Origin: Phoronis australis
Lineage: Eukaryota > Animalia > Phoronida
DNA length: 64,000 nucleotides
Direction of reading: 5' to 3'
NCBI GenBank assembly: GCA_002633005.1
Contig: NMRA01000522.1
Coordinates: forward strand, 1 to 64,000
Shown: one piece after another, positions 13,560 through 27,044 of the stretch
How positions within the stretch are numbered: the stretch's first letter is position 1
Layout: every line of letters begins with the position of its first letter
Position numbers and translations under genes: made by a program
The notes under the pieces: model-generated
Told to the model about the DNA's origin: nothing
What the model saw: the letters and a program-made list of their open reading frames with translations, nothing else
Database searches by the model: none

Positions 13560-16178
13560 TAGTCAAGTTTGTTGTGTATTTTTTGGGGAAAGTGGAAACT
13601 ATACATTTTTGGAAACCTCATGGAATGACAAATCAGAAAATAATTGATTCCGTTAGTTTGGCGGCCATCTTGGTGGCCATCTTGGATTTTCAAAAAAGGC
13701 GCCGGTAAAATGGATTTTGCCCAATATCTCTGCTTTTGGGTCACTTAGAATGTTGGTTTTTATGGCTACACCTGCATTTCTCTGGTCAAGGAATTGGAAA
13801 TTTTAATTTTATTGGCTGCCGTCTTGGATTTTTAAAAATGGCACCCGTAAAATACATTTTCCTCTGTATCTTTGCTCTTGGGTCACTTTGAATGTTAGTT
13901 TTTTAAAACTGACTGCACCCACATTTTTGTGGTCAAGAAATCTGAAAATGCAACTTATTAATCATAATCAAAACCTCATTTATTAGCAGCCTCATTTTCT
14001 AAATACATTCTTCATGTAATCCGACACATGATCACTATCTTACTTTCTTGTATATTTTGTTTGGAGCTTGTTTCCTTCAAGACACTTAAACTAAACAATT
14101 ACCTAAACAAATTATTACGTTTGAAGAACACGGGAATATGTTTTTTGTAGTGTCAATAGTCTTTCAAAACTTTGAAATCAGTCTATAGATCATTACTATA
14201 GCCATCACCAGGAATCACATCATCATCACCATTCTGACATTCTGCACTAGACTGACATCGATCTGCGTAAGATAGGTCCTGTGATCGGCAAGAGCATCTT
14301 TGGGAAGAGGAATTGTTTTTGCACTGGCATCAAACCATCTCAATGATAGCCTCTGGCGCCGGAAGCTCCTCAGTTGTGAGGGTTTCAGCTGGTGATCTTT
14401 GTCCTTGTAAATTCATTCTGCAATGGGTCAAGGAACTCCTGTCAAGCAATGACCGCCTGGCCCCTCACTCTGGCTTGAATAAATACCCTCAGCACATGCT
14501 GTTTCAAAGCACCAGTGGTTGGTAGACGTTTGTCGCTGTCAGTTATATGTTTACAAAAGAGGTACCATCTCAGCTCTGGGATGCTATTTGTGTCTATACC
14601 CTGTGGTGAGTATGCACATGTAAAAGGGGCTAATGTGAGAAGAGGTTCGCCTGTTACTTCATAAGCAGTACAAAAAGTCTGCTGTGCATTGATATCATCG
14701 GTGTTTGCTTTCAAAATATATATTCAACCTACGGAATAGACCAGTGTTGTCTATCCATGTAAAAGCATGGAAAGCAGGAAGAGCCTTTGCCCGGACCCCA
14801 CCTAATACTGTTCGCATTGGTTTTACGTGAAGTGATGCCAGAACTGCATGATGTACAGTGTATGGGCAATATATCTGCTTTTTCGTGGTCGTTTTCTTCT
14901 ATGCGTAGATCACGTCGGTTGCTCTTTGTGCATCCTGAAGCTGAAGTAATGGCTATCTTGGCAGAGTCTATATTATATTCAAGTGTCTTTGTAGACAGAT
15001 ATTTAGTAAGTTGAGCCTTTTTTGGTCATGGGAGAGCTAGGAAACGGCTCATTGGGATGTTTCCGTACGTAAGTCTCATCTCTTATCTGGTACTGTACTT
15101 GACCCTTTCTCTGCCTCCTTTTTCTCTTGTGGCTTGTTTCAAAGAGTTGTCTTTGTGGGTGTCAAAAACCAGAATGATATTGTCATAATCTCTAGTTAAG
15201 AAAATCACTTCCATACTATTCACAAGTGCAGTTCTGTGGCTTGGGTGAACACACTCGTTGGATGTTGTTTACATGTTCTCTGAAACTAAAACCTCTCTGT
15301 TCTAAGACGCCTGCTTCGGAAAGTTTCTGCAAACAGTGGATTCTATTTGATTTGTCTGTGCATCACAGCACTGCCCCACTGGCAGCCAAGATTGCTCCTG
15401 GTATTAGGGTGAATTCATGGTGGCTGATAGCAGGTTTCTGGTCGATTTGCCCAGCAGGCTCCAACTCCTGTTGTTCTCGTCATTGATCCTCAGCCTGGTT
15501 ACTAACAAACTTATCTTCCATCCGACTGTCAAAGGCAAACTGCATTTCCATTGAGTAGAGGAGAACTGGATTCCAAAGTGAACAGTGGAAATAATATTGA
15601 AATCTTTAAAAGATATGTTTCAAATGTCTTTTCAAAAAGATATAGATATTCCTTGTAAATAAAGGTTATTATGCGTTTCTGTGATTCCTTTAAATATTCT
15701 GGGGGTTCGTAGCTGCTATTAAAATCATTTAGATTATATGTATCATTTTAGAAATAGTGTTTTTCAATTCCTTACCCCACAATATATGGGTGCAGCCATT
15801 AAAACTAACATTCTAAGTGACCCATGAGCAGAGATACTGAGAAAAAATGTATTTTACGGGCTCCATTTTTGAAATTTCAAGATGGCTGTCAAGATGGCCG
15901 CCAGTAAAATTAAAATTTCCAAGTCATTGACCTCAGAACTGCAGGTGTAGCCATAAAAACTAACATTCTCAGTGACCCAATGGCGAATACATTGGGCAAA
16001 ATCTATTTTACCATTGCCATTTTTTAAAATCCAAGATGGCCACCGAGATGGCCACAGAAAAAATGGAATCAGTTATTTTCTGATTTGTCATTCCATGAGG
16101 TTTCCAAAAATGTATAGTTTCCACTTTCCCACAAAAATTCCAACGAATGTCAAGATTTGCACATATTGAACCTGACTA
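13560..16178 (-). mobile_element. Internally deleted, decayed AcademX DNA transposon with ~400-bp TIRs
   Basis: Termini TAGTCAAGTT / AACCTGACTA and long inverted repeats (13560-~13950 vs ~15760-16178). Flanks are TGT/TAT. Minus-strand relics: HEFTLIPG, KALPAFHAFTWIDNTG (XPG-like), LPTTGALKQHVLRVFIQARV and the Cys-rich PAPEAIIEMV*CQCK..RCSC..C..ECQN. Confidence 0.82.
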
Positions 16179-17652
16179 TATAGCAAAAAAATGCAGAATC
16201 AACATTTTTAAATTAGCAATATGCTGTTTGAAATCAAAGGTGTTATTCAAATACTTTAAGAATTAGTAAATGATGTAAAACTGACTGCTTTGTACCATTC
16301 TGGTGAACACTTACTGACTTTGAATATTTCTGTCTCTGCCAGTTGACAATAGATGGCATCATTCATTTCCAAGTAGTTTCAGATCAAAAGAACTGGAAAA
16401 AAATTATTTGTCGACAGAGTTTAAGTCTTAAACTTTCATCTATGTATTAAATACATTATTCTTCCCCCAAGTTGTATTTTTGTGTGAGAAATTTACAAAT
16501 AGTGTGTACTCTTTCGCTTGTCTGTCTTTAAACTAGTATTAAAGGTATTCTAGTATTAATGATGATTCTATCAAAAATTAAATTTAGCAGCCATTATTTC
16601 CACCAAGAGATGTTTTTATTTTAATCCATCAAAGGCTATTTGTTACCATTTCAGGCATTTAGCATAATTAATTTTCATGAATTTCTCACAAGTAGGGAGT
16701 TTCTTTTCACTGCCACCATGTGGCGTGACTGCAGAAAGCCTAGGACATAGACTACAGTTGAACGGAAGAAAATTGAAAATTAGTTTGAGCTTTTTGCTAT
16801 AAATGTTAAAGCCTACAGTAAATCTGGCCTACAATCATCAAAACAAGGAAATTTATATAATGGAGATCTTTAAATGGGTTGACTGTAAATTTTGAAGTTT
16901 TAATTGTAAGTTGCTTTTTGAAAAAAATGCTGACAGTGGTCCTCTTTCTATCCCTGCAAATTTTGTGAGTTATTTCTTATGCAAAATATTGAAATTTAGA
17001 GGTTTTAGATAAAAAGATTGTATTTTCTGTTTCTGTAGCAAGTTGTGAAGAACGATGTAGAGGTGTATCTTTTGTATAAGTCAAAACTGTTTTTATGTCA
17101 GTGAAATACTTTCACCTTCACAGTAATTTACTATCTGCATAGCGAGAGTTGAGGTCTCACTCAATACATTTGCCATGGTGTCTTACTGTCTGTGAATAAT
17201 AATGAGCTATAGACTTGGATGATAATCTGGTGCATAATGTTATAACAACACCAATCAATACTGATGGAATCGGCACATTCCAGTGTTCTACATTCAGCTT
17301 GTAATGTATGAAGATTGTGAACGACTGGGTTTTGCTATAGGAATCTTTGGCCTGGCTTTTTTCTATTCTAGTATCTCTTATTATCACTGATAATGTAGTT
17401 AGTGTGATGGTTGGTAGCTATTTATGATGTCTATGGTCACACACCATCACAGCTGAATACAAGCTGCAGCTACTGTGGGTTATTCTGTGATTGTTCTGCA
17501 TAAATTATGATGCTGTGGGTGGAGGATCTTGTCTGATGGTTGCTGATCTCACAAACTTTTTGGACTGATTCCACTGGTTTGAGATGTACCTCTGGATTTT
17601 GGTAACTGGAGTTGGTTTATGAGTTGCTTATTAAACTGCATTGGATGAAGTC

Positions 17653-17785
17653 ATGGCCGAGGAAACCATATATTTATGTAATTTCCGTGTCTCTGTTGAT
17701 GGTGAATGGCTGTGCTTGCGCGAGTTGGCTGATATGCACATTGAAGTCCCTGCTATGGCTATTACGTCACCCATGTCTGAAGATG
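17653..17785 (+). CDS. RUFY2: RUFY-family (RUN and FYVE domain protein) coding exon 1: MAEETIYLCNFRVSVDGEWLCLRELADMHIEVPAMAITSPMSED(G)
   Basis: ATG at 17653 with an in-frame TAA upstream (17632). The peptide matches the recalled RUFY3 N-terminus (ETIYLCKFRVSMDGEWLCLREL). Donor G|GTAAGT at 17786 is phase 1 and joins exon 2 in frame. Confidence 0.9.
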
Positions 17786-18009
17786 GTAAGTTAAATGTCA
17801 TGTGGATGACACTTGATGTCAAAATATGAAGAAATGTGGCACATGGGTGACACTTGGCACCAAGTGTTAATGGCAGTTTCCTTGTTGAAGGTCACAGATC
17901 TTTCAATCTATAAAAAATGAAAACAACAGTGGTGGTCTGAACAAGTTGTGAATATGTCAACTGCTTCAAATATTTAACTGTGGTGACACTTTTCAGTTGT
18001 GATATTTTT

Positions 18010-19830
18010 ACTTGGCGGAAATCTTCGAATTCCGACAAGTATGTTGCTCTGTCGTCAAGTTTTTTGTTTTTTTTGTTCGCACTCTACAGGTCGCAATTTT
18101 CGTCCGATTCTCGCGAAATTTGCACACGACGTGTAGATCTTTTGTGTTTTTTTTTGTTCGCACTCTACAGGTCGCAATTTTCGTCCGATTCTCACGAAAT
18201 TTGCACACGACGTGTAGATCGGAAAGTCCTGGAAGCGTATAGTTTTTGGTCATGATCGGATTCAAAATGGCGGGCGTGGCGGCCATTTTGTTTCCGATTT
18301 CACATTCAAATGCACATAGAGGCCGCATTTTTTGATGTACAGAGCTGAAACTTGGTACGAATATTATAGAACATGTGCTACAAGTGTGCCAAAAAACGTT
18401 AACTTCCAGTTAAAGATGGCGGAAATATTGACAATGGCGCATGCGCACCTCAATATCTGGCCAAAAACGTTTTCTCCTGTAGAGGGCGCATTGGCGAACT
18501 TATCACTTTCAAACTGGTCACGTGTTTGTTGCTATTGATTAGCTTTTATAAAATTTTGTTTAACCGGAAGTCACTTTAAAGATGGCGGCTCTGGCGCACT
18601 TTCACCCATTTTCAATCGTTCTGCTGTCGCATTTTTAACGGTAAGAGTAAATGACATGAATTTTTGCATGTGGATTCCTTGAAGTATTTTCTTTCAAAAG
18701 TTTTGCGTCAACGTTTTTCTCAGACTTACCGTTTTCGAGTTATTTGACTCTGAATTTCAAAAAAAACGCAAAATTTCAATTTTTTTGAAAAATTTATGGA
18801 ATGTTGCAAAACTATCAATTTAGATAGAGTTTTGGACGGGCTTTCAGAAGATGTTTTCCATTTTTCGCTACAATGTCTACTTTTTGAATTATTCGAGATT
18901 TTCTTATAGCGCTGCTCCTTTGTTGACAGCTCTTGCTGCACTGATGTTGGTCTAGCTTCTGTTGAACAAGACCATGAAGACATTGCTCATAGAGGCCGCA
19001 TTTTTCGACGTGCAGGGCTGAACATTGGTACGATTATTATAGCACACAAGCACTACAACTGCACCATAAATCTTTAATTTCCGGTCAAAGATGGCGGAAA
19101 TATCGACAAGGGCGCATGCGCACCTCAATAACTGGCCGAAAACGTTTTCTCCTGTAGAGGGCGCATCGGTGAACCAATCATTTTCAAACTGGTCACGTGT
19201 TTGTTGCATTCAATCAGCTTTTACAAAATTTCAAACCAGAAGTCATTTTCAAGATAGCGGCTCAGGCGCATTTTCAACCGTTTTTAATGGTTCTACGGTC
19301 GCATCTTTAACGGGAAGAGCAAATGACGTGAATTTTTGCATGTGGATTCCTTGAAGTATGCTCTTTCAAAAATTCTGCGATAACGTTTTTCTCATTTTCT
19401 CAGACTTACCGTTTTCGAGTTATTTGACTTTGAATTTCAAAAAAAAACCGCCAAATTTCAATTTTTTTGAAAAAATTATGGAATGTTGCAAAACTATTGA
19501 TTTAGATAGAGTTTGGAACGCGCTTTCAGAAGATGTTTTCCATTTTTTGCTAGGACTTCTACTTTTTGAATTATTTGAGATTTTCTGATAGCGCTGTTCT
19601 TTTGTTGAGCGTTCTCACTGCATTGATGTTGGTTTAGTTTATTTGAACAAGACTGTAGCTTATTTCTTACTAATTCATGACATCTAAGTTCGTCATGTTA
19701 ATGTTATGATGTTGTTCATCATTGTCACCTTCATCATCGCAATCATCATCGTCGTTAATTTTGCCTATTGTCGCTCAAGACTGTAGGTAGCACTGAACAG
19801 TCAAGTCACGGCCACGGAGCATTTTCTAGT
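18010..19830 (+). mobile_element. Helentron/DINE-1-like family A copy with internal ~670-bp tandem units
   Basis: Starts after a T-run with ACTTGGCGGAA and an adjacent inverted copy TTCCGACAAGT. Local ~80-bp duplication at 18060-18220. Units ~18310-18980 and ~18985-19660 are direct repeats. Confidence 0.75.
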
Positions 19831-20199
19831 CCCTAGAATTTATGTTGAGGGCGTGTTTCAGGTTTGGCGGGTGGTTTGAGGAAATTGTTGACAACAATTG
19901 CCAGGAAACTTATTTACTTGTGTTTTTGAATGAGAAAAGCTGAGTTTTACCTACTTTTGATGCAAACTGGTGGCTGTCATTTGCTATCAGCCCCTGTCGT
20001 CTGCTGTCCGAGAACCCGGGTGCGATTTCAGGTGGCTGTCAGACAGATCAAATTTGCCAAAAAAAGTAGCTGGTAAGAGGCTTACTAAGACCACATAGTT
20101 AGAATCTAGTGAGGACGAGCATTCTGAATCTGTAGTCAGACTAGTCAGACTTTTTCTAGCACTTGCAGTGAAGTGGTTATTTCGGGGGGAAAATTGTCA

Positions 20200-20580
20200 A
20201 ATTTGACGTTTTTTGTAAATAGTTTTGTGTGCCGGGATTTTCGTGCCATGTATATTAACCAATGTGCAGTTCGATAGAGTTTTAACTGGCTTTCATAAGA
20301 TATTTTTCATTTTTCGCAAGGACGTCTTAACTTTTCGACTTATTCGAGATTTTCTAATAACGCTGTGCCTTTGTTGACCGATTTGCTGCACAGTGGTGGG
20401 TTTACTGAACAAGACAGTAGCCTATTTCTTACTGATTTCTGACATCTTCGCTAGTCATATGAATGTTATCGTGTTGCTCATAATCCCCACTATCATCATC
20501 ACAATCATCGTCGTCATCATCTCCATCGTCGTCTTTTCGGTTAACTTTGCCAAGTGTCGCTCCTCGGAGCACTCTCGTTG
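20200..20580 (+). mobile_element. 3' fragment of family A element
   Basis: Matches the end of the family A unit. 3' subTIR TTTGCCAAGT (20546-20555) plus hairpin GCTCC-TC-GGAGC (20559-20570). Confidence 0.7.
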
Positions 20581-21537
20581 TGCTGTCAGAGGCTCCTGAA
20601 GATTGGCTGCATATCTAGGCAATGTAAACATTTGGGAAAACACTGATAAGTGAAGTCACATTTTACCTACAGCAACGCGGCAGACACACTATGTCCCCCC
20701 ATTTGCCAATGGTCAACTTGGCTCAGTGATTGTGCGTCACTTTTTTCTCGCGAATCAGTGTGCTTGAATAAGAACATTTTGGATAAATATGCGTGATGTA
20801 GGGATTAAACGTTATTGAATTATTACCACAATGAGATTAGAGATGCACTCTGCCGATCGAGAGTGTGCGTAAGAATGTATTTCGACTAATACACTATCGA
20901 AGTGCTACTGTAAATCACTTTCAGCTGTCTTTTTGTTAGCAGCATGCCATGAATAATACGCTTACACGAAAGTCGCGCATTTCTAAAGATATGCGTGACT
21001 TTTCATGACTCGTCGTTCGGAACGGCTTTTACCGGGATCAAAGAGAGCGCGGTGCCAGTCGGATTCAGCTGCGATGACTGTATTGTCCGGTGCGAGCAAG
21101 ACCCAATTAAAAGTAATTACCCGACCATAAACTGTATGTAAACACCTCTGCCTGTACATACTGGCAAATTTTCAAAATGCATTAACCAACAGTTTTCGTT
21201 AAAAACAAATACCACAGCTGTATTCAGATGGAAAAAAACAACCAAGGTCGGTTTTCGATTTTTAAAAATCGATGAACTATTAAGCTAAAAACTACAAACA
21301 TTGGTTACGATTGAAGATAAATGACTGTGCGTATTCATATACTTGGTGATTTACAAACGCTGATCAGAGTTAATAATATCACATTAACAGCACACAGTGA
21401 GTAAATTAGATGTCAATAATTTTTAAAACATCGCTTTTGGCCCAGTGCATGCCGAACTACTTTACTCCAGTAGTAGTACACTAACCGGGAAACTGCTATT
21501 CGCGAAAATGCGCCAATTTCGATAGTTAAAGCTTGTA

Positions 21538-23031
21538 CCGTAATCGTTCGGGTTAACGCCCTGGGCGGTTAAATTGACGAATCCAAAAATTCGGGGCAGG
21601 GCGGTTAACTGAGCAGTGGGCGGTTAAATCGAAAATCCACCTAAAGTAGGGGATGGGCGGTTAACCGAACATGGGCGCTTATTACGACAGACAACCGCCC
21701 TGGGCGGTTAATCTTACCTGGCGATCTAAATCCTGACACAACAATCATACTCGGAACGCGTAGCCCTTTTCAAAGAGCTTTATCGTCACGTCGCCAAATG
21801 ACTATGAAAGCGTCATAACAGCGGATGATCCCAACAAAGGTTCTCTTGCCCTCAGATTAGTCATTCACTATTAAATTTACAAAATTGCTGAGTAATAGCC
21901 CCGTGCCGTCCTGCGGTGCGCAGACGACCAGTAACCACGCAGCCTCCACTAGAATTAAAACTGTTTCAAGATGTGACCCTGCTTAAGTGCGCGCGTCCAA
22001 GCTTCACGTGTTGCAGAGGTCAGACATCAAATTTATGGTTACAGTCTCGTACTATATGTAGCTGTCAAGTTCTGAGTCAGAGAGCAGTTTTAAAATTGGT
22101 TGTAATAAAAGTTTGAAAAACTTAATTCTGCTGTTTTTTGTGTTTGGGATGTTATAGTCGACACTCCGTGACTCAATGACATTTTCAGCGTATGGTTCTG
22201 CGGCTAGCTGTCTTATCTCGACATCCCGGCATTGCTCTCTTGCCGTTGCGCCAAACATGCTATGCAAAGAAGTAAAACAAGGATCGGGGGTGGTCGAGCC
22301 AGTCGTCGATCAAGAATAAAATTTCAAGCAACTGCATAAATATNNNNNNNNNNNNNNNNNNNNNNNNNNNNNNNNNNNNNNNNNNNNNNNNNNNNNNNNN
22401 NNNNNNNNNNNNNNNNNNNNNNNNNNNNNNNNNNNNNNNNNNNNNNNNNNNNNNNNNNNNNNNNNNNNNNNNNNNNNNNNNNNNNNNNNNNNNNNNNNNN
22501 NNNNNGCAAAACCATTGTCACATTTCTCTGGCCTGATTTTTTCGAATATATGTTTTATCTAGTGCACTGCAGACGGAAACTCAGCGCGGCAGACAAAGTC
22601 GCTGAAAGCGGAGGTTTTGACGCCGGCGGCGTTCTTAAACTTTGCAAACAAGGGAAGAAAATAAAGTGACAAAAAGGTTCAAGTATTATATTTTGAAGTG
22701 AGTTCATGACCCAAAACAATAACTCGTTACCTGTATTGTAATTCAGATTGCTAAACCACTGTCTCGGAGTCCCAGCGTCGTTGCACTCATTGTGATCATC
22801 GATCTTTTTCTAAAAGTCGGGGAATCGCGCGTTTCCTTAGCACTATGCGCTAAATCTTCATTCTTTAAAAGTCGGGGATGGGCGCTTAACCGAGAGGTGG
22901 GCGCTTAACTGGAAATCTTCAAAATTCGCAAGGGGGCGCTTAACCGAGCAGTGGGTGGTTAAATCGAAAATCCACTTAAAGTCGGGGATGGGCGGTTAAC
23001 TGAGCATGGGTGTTAACCCGAACGATTACGG
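21538..23031. mobile_element. Non-autonomous TIR element with TA flanks (Tc1/mariner-pogo-like); spans an N gap
   Basis: 24-bp TIRs CCGTAATCGTTCGGGTTAAC(G/A)CCC (23/24 match), TA on both sides, subterminal GGGCGGTTAA repeats. Confidence 0.85.
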
Positions 23032-24269
23032 TAGTTGTAATGGAACACCTGTGAAGACAACTTAAGATGGCTAGCTTTGTAGTCAACGAGAGAGAGTGTA
23101 AGCGGTGGATGAGGTTGGTCGGTGGGCAAGAGCTGTGATTTCATTTTTTATGACTGAGGAAAAGGTAGAATAGTTATGTAGTTACTGCAACCACAATTGT
23201 CCAAAGGTTCCAAATCTTTAGTTTGGCTATTACCATATTTGCACATTTGTATGTACTTTATGTTTTGAGTTCTAATAAAGATTGAACTTGAACTAATGGC
23301 ATGTGGAGTTTTGTTTGCTGTAACATGTTTGGTGTAGCTGTAATTTGGAAAATTCAGGGATTGGTTCACAATTAACTGACTTCTAAGTTGCTTTGATGCT
23401 TCGTTTAAACACAAAATAAAAAGGTAGCAACCCTAACCGGTAAGAAAAAAGCAAGTATACAGGAGAATTAAAATAAAGTAATGTAAACAGGTGTGAAACA
23501 TATTTAAAACCAACGTTCCTTTGAGAAGTGGCCCTTTGTCAAGATCAACGCAAATTAACTTTTTAGTCTTTTTGTAATATTTAAAATGTACCAAGTTAAA
23601 ACTGCTCTCCATATTGCAGGCTTTAACTCTGTGCAAATGCCAGAGAAAACAATTTGGGTGTAATAAGGACCACCATTGTTAAGAAAGTAGTGCTAGCTAT
23701 TACCTTTCCACCTCATTAGCTCAGATCTACATCAATACAAAGGGTGTGTTGAATAAATAAAAGTTGTCTGGGGATTAGGGAATCAGGAGCATTGACCAGT
23801 GTAAGGGAGAAATTCTCCAAATGAACTTATGAGGCAGCAGGAAATTGTGCTAAATTTTTCATGTATGAACTTGTGATGCAGCAGGAAATTGTGCTAAATT
23901 TTTCATGTAGTTTGGAAATTTGATAATTATGCTTGAGTCACAGTTCATTAATGACTATAAAGCAGTCTAAGTATTTCAACATTATTTACCTCAAAATGGT
24001 ATCACTGCATGAGTATTCAATTACTAATAGTGGTTAAAGTAATAATTTTAAAAAAGTGGTCTGAATATCTAGTTTAATTAATTAGTCAGTTGTTGCTCCA
24101 TACTAATTGCTTTTAGTTGATTGCTTGGTGGATGTTTTACTTTATCAAGAGTCGCCTTCAAATTACCCTCAACTTTCCTCTCCCTCAGTACCAACAATGT
24201 TGTATAGTGGGTGAGGTATTGTCATCAAATGGTTAACCATTTTTATATACTGGGTATGTGCTGTCAGTC

Positions 24270-25000
24270 ATCCCCGATTGTCTGGTTGTTACTGGGCAGA
24301 ATTCGACGTACGTTCATGAAATCATGCACAGATGTTCCTTTCATGGATGGGACAGCATGAGCCAACTTTCGGACGGATTCAACTACCGGTGTGTCCCATA
24401 GTGGCAATTATAGTTTTTTACGCTTACCTCTATCTTCAAAGGGCCTCAACATATTTTCATAAAATTTGGCATATAGGCATCTATTAGTGAGGTGACGCTA
24501 TCCTCCCGACTGAGGTGACACTATCCTCCCGACTGAGGTGACGCTATCCTCCCGTTTTCGGATGGATTCGACGTAGTTTGCCCCACCTAGTGGCTATTTT
24601 TGCTGTTTTTGATTCTGTTTTTTGGCATGCACCCCTCTATCAACCAAACCGCTCTAAGAATGATTGTGAAAATTGGCATGTATGTTCTTACTATGAAGAG
24701 GACGGCTGAAGATTGTTTTCCAACGATTTCGACTACTATGGCACCTCCTAGTGGCAGTTTTGTTTTTTTACGCCCATGACTATCTCTCAAACTGTTGGCA
24801 GGATCTTTACTAAATTTTGCAAGTGTGTTTATATGATATTGACAATGTATGACGGCGACTTTCGGACGGATCTGGCAACCGGTGTGTCCCTTAGTGGCAA
24901 TTTTAGTTTTTTACGTTTTCCTCTGTATCTTCAAAGGTCCTCAACGTATTTTCATAAAATTTGGCATATAGGCATCTGTTAGTGAGATGATGCTTTATCC
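24270..25000 (+). mobile_element. Helentron/DINE-1-like family B fragment with internal tandem units
   Basis: Near-identical blocks shared with 30112-30582 and 34379-35370 (cggacggat..ctaccggtgtg..agtggcaatt; tctatcaaccaaaccgctc). 26-bp triplication at ~24488-24555. Confidence 0.75.
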
Positions 25001-25146
25001 CATACGCATTGAATTAGTCGAGTGCAATACGGTTTGATCATCCAACCTTCCGAAAATAGTTTATAGTAATACAATTGCAGCAGTGTAAATAACACTCAAC
25101 ATGCAATCAGGTCCCAACCGTAATATCTAAAACAGGACTGTTAATT

Positions 25147-25680
25147 GCCGTATTCGCGCCCATAAGCGTCCCCCACGCGTTTTCAGACTTTGCTAAAATA
25201 AGCACTCAGTACATGCGAAAAATGCCTTACCTACAGCTCTAAACTTCTACAGTAACGTCTTCAATTTATCAATTAGATCCTACAGTCCTGAAAAAATCAT
25301 TGTGCGCGGAATTCGTAGACCACGAGCCTCGCTGCTGCTATGTCAGTATTTAGCCGTGACTATACACTTCAAACTTCCGCCGTGCCGCTTCAAAAAGAAC
25401 GCAAGTTTTGCTGATCTTGCAAAGGATGTGTCCTATTATGGTCTCGCCTTTCAGAACAGATGCAGCATACTTGTCAAAGGGCTTGTGTTGTGTCTTTCCG
25501 TACAGGAATGCAAATCTCTTTGTACACGTGAAAACCACGAATTGAAGACTAATAAAAACGTGACGTTTGTTGGGTTAAAAGCATGTGGCTGCATTCAAGA
25601 ATCTGTCATTGAAGATTAGTCTTCGGGAATTATCTATTCATGAAACAGGTTGCATAGCATTGGCAAGAAATAGATACTGG
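25147..25680 (+). mobile_element. Partial copy of the 41459-42987 TIR family
   Basis: Collinear with 41465-42030. Forms an inverted repeat with 26590-27040. Confidence 0.75.
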
Positions 25681-25686
25681 CACTTA

Positions 25687-27044
25687 CCGTATTCGCCTCA
25701 ATAACAGCCCAGGGCGCTTAGAAAAGTTCGGTTCAGGGGGGGTGCTTATTATAACCCAAGGCTGTTGAAACCCGGTCTCCGAAACTGGTGAAATCGGAAG
25801 CTAAGATTCATCAAATTTACGCTCTGTGACGTATATGTAATTTATGAAAGACTTTCAACAAAACTGTGGTGCATTGCTATCAACATTTGCTGCTAAATTA
25901 CGATCATTTTACAGAAAATTGTGCTGAAATCCCAGGGCGAAAACTCGCCGACTGACTGCCTTGAAATCGCCGTCTTCGATATGGCGATTTCAATGCTTGA
26001 ATAAAAATGGTTTCGACTCAAGCAAATTACCTGAAATCCTCATTAAGTTTTATAAGTAGCGTCTCTAAGATTTTTTAAGTTCCCTTGGAGTCTGGATTAA
26101 CGGCANNNNNNNNNNNNNNNAGTTTAAGTACAAATCTGTGCAGCATCGTGCCATCTACATGTATGATCGGCAACACGGCGAGAAAAATGTCTGGACGAAC
26201 AAACATGTTGTTGTCACGTGATGTTTGTTTTGAAGTTCGTCTGCGAATAAGCGAGCGCGTGCGTGTCACCAGAGTTCATTTGCCAAAGCAGAGACCGTCT
26301 TTTGGCCAGAGGCACGCAATCTAACTAGCTAGATGTGTCTAAAGAAATTTTCACAGGCAGTAGGCCTAAACCAGAGCATGTTTCATTCAGCACTTGCCGG
26401 TCTCGTGCTAAAAACTTTCGACATTTGTCTCGGTAAGGCCCATATTAGTCGCCGTGTAGCTGGATGCGTACGTAACTATCTGACAGTTATTTTTCGGTGT
26501 AAGGGTGTGTAAGCATTCACTGTCAGTGGTCATTTTATCGGATATTTGGCTTATAAACACCAATTATGGTTAATCAAACAATTCATGTGCTTTTAACACT
26601 GGCCAAGATTTTTATTAGTCTTCGATTCGCGGTTTTCACGTGTAGGTCTACAAAGAAATTTGGATTCCTGTTGAAAGCTGGATTAATATCAACAAAGCAA
26701 TCTCGTAGACAAGTACAATACTTCTGTTCTGAAAAGTCAGACCGTTGGTCCTCGCAATATCAGCAGATCTTTTGTGTTCGTTTTGAGGCATGGCGGAAGT
26801 ATGAAGTGTATAGTCACGGCTAAATACAGACATAGTGGCGAGGCTCGTGCTCTACAAATTCCGCGCACAATGATTTTTTCAGGATATTATTGATAAATTG
26901 AAGACGTTACTGTAGAATTTTAGGACTGTAGGTAAGGCATTTTTCGCACGTACACGTTCATGGACTGGGCGCTTATTTTAGCAAACTCTGAAAACGCTTG
27001 GGGGGTGCTTATAGGGGCATGGGCGGTTATTATGGTGAATACGG
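25687..27044 (-). mobile_element. TA-flanked TIR element, inverted copy of the 41459-42987 family
   Basis: TIRs CCGTATTCGCCTCAATAACAGCCC / CCGTATTCACCATAATAACCGCCC with TA flanks. The interior is the reverse complement of 41459-42987. Confidence 0.88.
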
